Source: Bdellovibrionota bacterium
Lineage (GTDB): Bacteria > Bdellovibrionota_C > UBA2361 > JBIKWN01
Direction of reading: 5' to 3'
Assembly: GCA_044356295.1 (NCBI GenBank)
Contig: JBIKWN010000069.1
Span: 1 to 12,372 of the forward strand
DNA length: 12,372 nucleotides
The notes below the pieces were generated by a model. It worked only from the letters and a program-made list of their open reading frames with translations, made no database searches and had not been told where the DNA came from. This document shows positions 7,207 to 12,372 of the stretch, one piece after another. A program made the translations under genes and the position numbers. Numbering within the stretch: position 1 is the stretch's first letter; the number at the start of each line of letters is the position of its first letter.

Positions 7207-7293
7207 TTTCCCCCGTGACCTTGAGCGTAGGCGTGAGCGTGAGCTTAAAGTATCTGGGTCACGCTCACGCCTAAGGTCACGGTCATGGGGAAA
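7207..7293. repeat. Family B imperfect inverted repeat of hexamer units, between convergent pepP and L,D-transpeptidase genes
   Basis: Left arm gtgacc ttgagc gtaggc gtgagc gtgagc; perfect 15-bp core 7228-7242 / 7259-7273; closed by tttcccc/ggggaaa. A related copy lies at 12254-12329. Confidence 0.92.
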
Positions 7294-7322
7294 TACTTTC
7301 AACTATAAATCGGAGAACCTGC

Positions 7323-8027
7323 TCATTTAAACCGAGGCTTACGCTCACGAGCCGATCCAGTCCAAGGACGAACTAACACTGTATCACCTCTATCAAAGTG
7401 TTCCTGAATAAACCTCGCACCTTTTACAGTCGTTCTGAGGCACCCTTGAGATCCAATATCTGAAATATCTCCAACATGAAAAAAAATCCCTGATTCACCC
7501 GGCTCTTTTTGAAACGAAGGCTGCCATATTCTTGAATAAAAAGGCATTGGTGCATTATGGTATGCTTTAGAACGACGAAACGCTCCTTGATCGGCAATTT
7601 TGTAATCTCCTGCTGGAGTCTTACTTCGCCGTCTCTTAATTGATGGGTCATACATTTTACGCCCAGGATTAATCTGCAAAATATTGGAAAGCTTCCAAGG
7701 ATCCTCCCCGCTTTTACGCATAAAGATAAAAGCGCGTTTATCAGTGATATCTGCCCAACAAAATTTTACTCCATTAAGTCGAACAACACTTGGGTCTGCA
7801 AAAATATTTTGCATCTTGGCATCTGGCACTCGAGGAGTTAGTTCAAATTGTGGTTTGTCGGGTTTTAGATTCTGTTTCGATATAAGCAACGCATGTGCCC
7901 CATACAGAAATTGATTACCTACTGATGGTTGCACCATGGCAAGAGCGGTAAGGGTGGCTGCAATTCTTAAACTATTATTTGATGGTTTGGAATATTCGTC
8001 ATGGGGACGAGAAAAAGTCAGATACAT
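7323..8027 (-). CDS. L,D-transpeptidase (YkuD/ErfK) family protein
   Basis: KTPAGDYKI, NAPMPFY and GIFFHVG...SQGCLR (catalytic His and Cys); hydrophobic N-terminal segment. The start is uncertain. Confidence 0.85.
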   Translation of the reverse strand: MYLTFSRPHDEYSKPSNNSLRIAATLTALAMVQPSVGNQFLYGAHALLISKQNLKPDKPQFELTPRVPDAKMQNIFADPSVVRLNGVKFCWADITDKRAFIFMRKSGEDPWKLSNILQINPGRKMYDPSIKRRRSKTPAGDYKIADQGAFRRSKAYHNAPMPFYSRIWQPSFQKEPGESGIFFHVGDISDIGSQGCLRTTVKGARFIQEHFDRGDTVLVRPWTGSARERKPRFK

Positions 8028-8039
8028 ATACTACTAAGT

Positions 8040-9677
8040 TCAATTTATTTCGAGCGTGGGTTCTATATCATCTTCAACACTAAGGCTATCTCTTACAAGT
8101 TTTTGAGCTTGTAGGAATAAATCACGAATGCCTTCAGCTTTAACAGCAGAGATCGTTAAAGCATCAAAACTTTCAATAAGTGGCAAAAGATTCTCTTGTG
8201 AAACTTTATCTATTTTATTTAAAACCACTTTTTCAGGAATGCCCGCTAGTTCCATCTCTTCAAGAATTGAACGAACCGACGTATACCGTTCAGCAATTAA
8301 TGGATCAGAAGCATCAAGAATATGAAGAAGTAACGATGCTTCTCGTAGCTCTTCAAGCGTTGCCTTAAAAGCATTCTTTAACTCTTTGGGAAGCGCTCGA
8401 ATAAATCCGACAGTATCGGTAAAAATAAGATCCTCAACTCTTCGTTGGGTTGTATCAAGTGTCGCAAATAACTTATTTTCAGCAATAACTGTAGATTTTG
8501 TTAACACATTAAACAGTGTTGATTTTCCAACGTTTGTATAACCGATGATTGCAACAACTGGTATCTCGTTTACTCTTCGTCGTGCACGACGCACTTCTCG
8601 TTGGCGTGATATCTCGTCGATTTTCTTTTCAAGACTTGTAATGCGATCACGGATTCTTCGACGACCAATTTCTAGTTTTGTTTCTCCAGGCCCCCTTCCC
8701 CCAATTCCTCCAGTAAGACGTGAAAGCCCGCCATCTTTTTCAACAAGTCTTGGAAGATTATATTGAAGCTGTGCAAGCTCAACTTGAAGCCTTCCTTCAC
8801 TCGTACTAGCCCTTGTAGCAAAAATATCAAGGATTAACATACTGCGGTCAATTACTTTCAGATCTGTTGCATTCGTAATCATCCTCCACTGTGATGGACG
8901 AAGTTCACAATCAAAAATTAACATTTCAGCGCCTAAGCGAAGTGCTCGAAGGACAACTTCTTCAAGTTTTCCTTTTCCAATCAATGTTTTTGGATCAGGT
9001 GTTTTTCGTTGAATGAACGTATCTAAAATTTTTAGGGAAGCTGAACGGGCTAGTTCAGAGAGCTCAAGCAAACTCTCTTCGTAATGAACAAATGATTTAT
9101 CGTAGACTCCAATAAGGATAACGCCACCTTTTACAGGTTTTGCAGCACCAGTTGATTCAAGTTCGAATTCAAGATTCTCAATAAAATCCGTAAAATCAAA
9201 TTCAAACCGTCCAAGGTCATTAATAACCTCGGTACGAATTGGCTCATCAAGTGAAGGCAAAATATGAGCAAAACTTGCACGGACAATATTTTTACCAAGC
9301 TTTACTGCAACAACAGCATCAAATCTATTAATTTCAAGATCGCCGTATACGTCGTGAGGTATCTCGACGGTTTCTTTGTTACTGAGATCTGAAAATATAA
9401 AACGTAATCGACGGAGCCTTCCTTTACCGTAACGATACCGACCAAGTTCTGGAAGATAGAGAATATCTTTTGAACCAAGAAAAACTTCTTCGATTCGTCC
9501 TTCCCGACTGACAAGCAGCCCCACTCGACGACGAAGCTGTGTTGCAACTTCTGAAATTTCTCGGGCAAGATCATAAGAAACAAGTTCATCGCGACTCAAA
9601 CGCCGATTATACAGCTTTGAAACTGCGCGAAGTTGGCTTGGGGATAGCCCCTTGGTATTTCCAGTGACATTTTGCAT
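8040..9677 (-). CDS. hflX: Ribosome-splitting GTPase HflX, long N-terminal form
   Basis: LILDIFATRA, EGRLQVELAQL, GIGGRGPGETKLE, G1 GYTNVGKS, LFATLD, G3 DTVGF, G4 NKID, G5 SA; ~180-aa N-terminal extension. Confidence 0.97.
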   Translation of the reverse strand: MQNVTGNTKGLSPSQLRAVSKLYNRRLSRDELVSYDLAREISEVATQLRRRVGLLVSREGRIEEVFLGSKDILYLPELGRYRYGKGRLRRLRFIFSDLSNKETVEIPHDVYGDLEINRFDAVVAVKLGKNIVRASFAHILPSLDEPIRTEVINDLGRFEFDFTDFIENLEFELESTGAAKPVKGGVILIGVYDKSFVHYEESLLELSELARSASLKILDTFIQRKTPDPKTLIGKGKLEEVVLRALRLGAEMLIFDCELRPSQWRMITNATDLKVIDRSMLILDIFATRASTSEGRLQVELAQLQYNLPRLVEKDGGLSRLTGGIGGRGPGETKLEIGRRRIRDRITSLEKKIDEISRQREVRRARRRVNEIPVVAIIGYTNVGKSTLFNVLTKSTVIAENKLFATLDTTQRRVEDLIFTDTVGFIRALPKELKNAFKATLEELREASLLLHILDASDPLIAERYTSVRSILEEMELAGIPEKVVLNKIDKVSQENLLPLIESFDALTISAVKAEGIRDLFLQAQKLVRDSLSVEDDIEPTLEIN

Positions 9678-9745
9678 AAAACTAAGAGTGGGACAGTATA
9701 AATGAAAAGCAGATACTTTTCATCATTCGAGCTGAAGAAGCGCTC

Positions 9746-10909
9746 TTATCGTCTACGTAGCACAACAACACGATTGGTGAGGGCTTCTTTCCTCATTTCT
9801 TGGTCTCGATTTTTTACAAGCGATGCTTTAGGTGTATTAAGTATCAGGGATTCAACATCCCAATATCTTCCAAGTGTTGCTTTCACATCGTCTATAAGAA
9901 CTTCATCCAAGTAAATTGTTTCTTTAGGAAGTTGTATTGCATGAAGATCAATAACTGCACGTCCACCAGGTTTTGTTACTCGAGCCATCTCAAGCAAACT
10001 ACCATTCATAAACTCTTTCCATGATTCTATCGAATCGATTTCAAAACAGTTTGCAGGACGGTATGCAATTCCAGAGAACCAATTTCGAAGCCACATGCGC
10101 TCAAATGGATCATTCATCATCGGAAGCGGTGGTGTTGTGATCGTTAATGACACTGCTGCAGATGGAAGGTAAGAAAGATCTCTTGCATCGGCACATGCTA
10201 CAAAATTTTTCGCTTGAGCAGCACGCATGCCACTTGATACACCATCTCGAAGGACTGTTGCAGCTTTACGTAAAATTCTAGGAAGTACTGCACGGTAATC
10301 AGGAAGCTGTCCACGTTTAATATTTAATGTGTTTTGTTCTTCAGGAGAAAGCGACACTTGCGGAGAACTATAAACCGAGAAAAATCCAGCAGACGATCCA
10401 TGGAGTAATGAGAGCGCGAGGAATTCTATAAAATTAGTAATACGGTCAGAACCTGCATCTTTAATGGCGACTTTAAGATTTACTAATTCTCGAAACGTAT
10501 CAATATCAAAGAAAGGTTTAAAATGTTCATTGTAGTGCGCCAAGTTAATTGGACGTCTTACATTACACATTTGAAGTCTGAGTGTTACTTCAGTGATATC
10601 AGCAGCATCCACTTTTGCACGGGACAACTTCATCGCAAGTGGATTGATATCAGAGTATGCAGCAATACGTCCCTGAACGTTTGCTTCAAGAGGAGTCGTA
10701 CCACTCGCACAGAATGGATCAAGGATAACATCGCCACGTTGAGAATAGAGTCCTAGGAAATACGCGACCATCTCAGGCGATGATTGAGCAGTTAAAGAAA
10801 TGCCACTGTGAAGCGAATGACTATAGGAAGTATCATCACTCCAAAATGAGCCTTCTCTTCTTTCGAAGGCAACTGATTCTACTAATTTTAAATTTGTTCG
10901 AAGACTCAT
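9746..10909 (-). CDS. DNA amino-methyltransferase-like protein (N4-C/N6-A fold) with degenerate motifs
   Basis: GDVILDPFCASGTT (motif I-like), SDINPLA (motif II), ADARDL, LTITTPPL (motif IV position) and EMARVTKPGGRAVI. Confidence 0.8.
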   Translation of the reverse strand: MSLRTNLKLVESVAFERREGSFWSDDTSYSHSLHSGISLTAQSSPEMVAYFLGLYSQRGDVILDPFCASGTTPLEANVQGRIAAYSDINPLAMKLSRAKVDAADITEVTLRLQMCNVRRPINLAHYNEHFKPFFDIDTFRELVNLKVAIKDAGSDRITNFIEFLALSLLHGSSAGFFSVYSSPQVSLSPEEQNTLNIKRGQLPDYRAVLPRILRKAATVLRDGVSSGMRAAQAKNFVACADARDLSYLPSAAVSLTITTPPLPMMNDPFERMWLRNWFSGIAYRPANCFEIDSIESWKEFMNGSLLEMARVTKPGGRAVIDLHAIQLPKETIYLDEVLIDDVKATLGRYWDVESLILNTPKASLVKNRDQEMRKEALTNRVVVLRRR

Positions 10910-11017
10910 AATAACTACGAAAGCTATTACACCTAAGAGACGACTGTTAGGCTACAGATAAAATGTCAAACGACACTTGGTTGAAATTGTTTAAAGTTAT
11001 AACCCCTTCAAAGCACT

Positions 11018-11611
11018 TCAAAAAATACCTTCTGACCGACCGTGAAAAGTTTTCAAATCGTACCACGCATCCCACCCATTATTCTCAGAAATGAGCTTTT
11101 GGGCGACTTTATTCATGGACATGGTAGTAGCACCTGACTTTCTCGATTCGGTAGCTAAAGCTTCTCTCATGTTTAACACTGTTAAACTAACTCGTTTGAG
11201 ATGATTGTTTTCATGTTTTCGAATTTGCTCTGAAAGCAACATGAGCTTATTCCTTTCTATTGCATCAATAGTGTCTGCAAAGATAAACCGCGGTAATGAG
11301 ACTTTGATAGTTGGGATTACTTTAAAATTCTTGAGCGAACTTTGATCTACAGGTTTATTCCACTTCCATGCAATCGTCCATTCGACAGATGCATAGCGAG
11401 GTTTGTTAGTATCATCAATTGGTCCGAGTTGTAGCATTTTTTTTCTAGCATCTTCTACAGAATTAGTATGAACGTCGTAATAACGTACAGTGACTCCTTC
11501 TGCTGAAAATATTTCTGATTCAATATCAGAATGCATCAAGCCACAAAGTGGAATGATGCATAGAATAAATAGTAAGCGAAAGAACTGACGATTCATCTGC
11601 TCTCTCTTCAT
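11018..11611 (-). CDS. DUF922-like secreted Zn-dependent protease
   Basis: Signal peptide; YYDV...MLQLGP...WTIAWKW...VSLPR...RKHENNH (HExxH) and terminal YD..T.HG, matching my recollection of DUF922. Confidence 0.8.
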   Translation of the reverse strand: MKREQMNRQFFRLLFILCIIPLCGLMHSDIESEIFSAEGVTVRYYDVHTNSVEDARKKMLQLGPIDDTNKPRYASVEWTIAWKWNKPVDQSSLKNFKVIPTIKVSLPRFIFADTIDAIERNKLMLLSEQIRKHENNHLKRVSLTVLNMREALATESRKSGATTMSMNKVAQKLISENNGWDAWYDLKTFHGRSEGIF

Positions 11612-11626
11612 GAGAAAATTTTGGTA

Positions 11627-12199
11627 CTACTGGACAATAAATTCAGTAAAGAACAACGCAACAACAACTGGTTCTGGAAATTCAAGAACCTCGTTAATGC
11701 CTTCTAGAACTTCATCTTTTAATGCTTGCTTTCCTGTCGACGACAGAACATCTGCTGGAGTTTTAGATGAAAGTATTGAAATGATTTTATCTTTGATTCG
11801 AGGCTCTTTTTCCATCATTGCTGGAGGAAAACCACCTTCAGCTACTGCTTCGCCCCCTGATCCGCCTCCTCCGTGTCCTTTACCACCGCCTTCGGCACCT
11901 CCTGTAAACTTGTGCAAAAGCTCTTCATCGTACTCCATAAGAATAGCAACTTTGAGAAAACTTTTTGCTTCAGAAAGATTAACAATAAATGGATCTAGTT
12001 TTGCAGTTTTATAAACTTTTGCTTTTTCAACTTCTTCAGTTTTATCACCTTCTTCAGTTTTTCCACCTAGAAGAAAAAAAGCACCTCCTCCAGCCAATAG
12101 AAGAACTGCAACAACGATTATAATGAGTTTCTTTTTACTCTTTTTCTTTGGGGCTTCTTCCCCTTCTTTTTTTTCTTCTTTTTCAGCCATAACACTCAT
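11627..12199 (-). CDS. fliL: Flagellar basal body-associated protein FliL
   Basis: Charged N-terminus KKKSKKK, a single TM ending AGGGAFF, then LDPFIVNL, FLKV, PRIKDKII.ILSSK, GKQALKDE and LFFTEFIVQ at the C-terminus. The start may be Met4. Confidence 0.95.
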   Translation of the reverse strand: MSVMAEKEEKKEGEEAPKKKSKKKLIIIVVAVLLLAGGGAFFLLGGKTEEGDKTEEVEKAKVYKTAKLDPFIVNLSEAKSFLKVAILMEYDEELLHKFTGGAEGGGKGHGGGGSGGEAVAEGGFPPAMMEKEPRIKDKIISILSSKTPADVLSSTGKQALKDEVLEGINEVLEFPEPVVVALFFTEFIVQ

Positions 12200-12253
12200 T
12201 AGATGACATTATTTTCTCGCGGATTCAAGTAGTTATCCTTGGAACAAACCCGA

Positions 12254-12329
12254 CCCGTGACCTTGACCGTGAGCGTAGGCGTGAGCGAAGGTATTGGCTC
12301 ACGCTCACGCCTACGGTCCAGGTCACGGG
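12254..12329. repeat. Family B imperfect inverted repeat, second copy, upstream of fliL
   Basis: 33-nt arms 12254-12286 and 12297-12329 (5 mismatches) made of gtgacc/gtgagc/gtaggc hexamers around a 10-nt loop (gaaggtattg). Confidence 0.92.
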
Positions 12330-12372
12330 CTCAAAACTACAAAAACCCCTAAACCCGAAACTCCTCCCCCGC

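Noticed and set aside
7105..7302. 65-aa minus-strand ORF with RS/RD/RE dipeptide runs
   Set aside because: It is the translation of the family B hexamer palindrome and overlaps the pepP 3' end in antisense.
7341..7349. ACGCTCACG inside the 3' end of the L,D-transpeptidase gene, matching family B
   Set aside because: Only 9 nt; it could be a remnant but is indistinguishable from chance.
8040..9677. HflX N-terminal extension and short G2-G3 linker as novelty
   Set aside because: Long-form HflX is known from several phyla; all G motifs are intact and the few-residue loop shortening is minor.
10940..10970. Perfect TTGACA on the minus strand upstream of the methyltransferase-like gene
   Set aside because: No acceptable -10 hexamer at 16-18 nt spacing.
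1317..12014. Remaining short ORFs in the track (e.g. 1317-1550, 1797-2048, 5437-5682, 9702-9914, 11610-12014)
   Set aside because: All lie antisense or out of frame within well-supported genes and show no recognisable motifs; the Pro runs in 1797-2048 and 11610-12014 mirror Gly codons on the other strand.
12222..12242. Possible sigma54 site upstream of fliL (GG-N10-GA)
   Set aside because: It lacks the -12 GC and the TGGCAC context.
12345..12372. C-rich tail (aaacccgaaactcctcccccgc) as a tRNA end or third repeat family
   Set aside because: No T-loop GTTCRA motif, and it is truncated by the window edge, so it cannot be assessed.

Overview
AT-rich bacterial chromosomal segment with 12 credible CDSs and no rRNA, tRNA, CRISPR array or transposase. 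Minus strand: rpmE-tlpA-like-lgt; an 845-aa acidic orphan; a hotdog-fold thioesterase; and the run fliL, DUF922-like metalloprotease, DNA methyltransferase-like gene, hflX, L,D-transpeptidase. Plus strand: a lipoprotein S1 serine protease and pepP. The long-N-terminus HflX, lipoprotein trypsin and FliL suggest a flagellated diderm of the delta-proteobacterial/Bdellovibrionota sphere (inference only). Most notable observations: (1) the C-terminal ~245 aa of the 845-aa orphan looks like a catalytically dead NagB/6-phosphogluconolactonase-fold domain fused to a long helical region, with nested dyads upstream of the gene; (2) two families of intergenic long palindromes built from short tandem units (9-mer and 6-mer), each present at two loci; (3) an orphan amino-methyltransferase homolog with degenerate motifs I and IV. 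All family assignments are by eye and none was run against a database.
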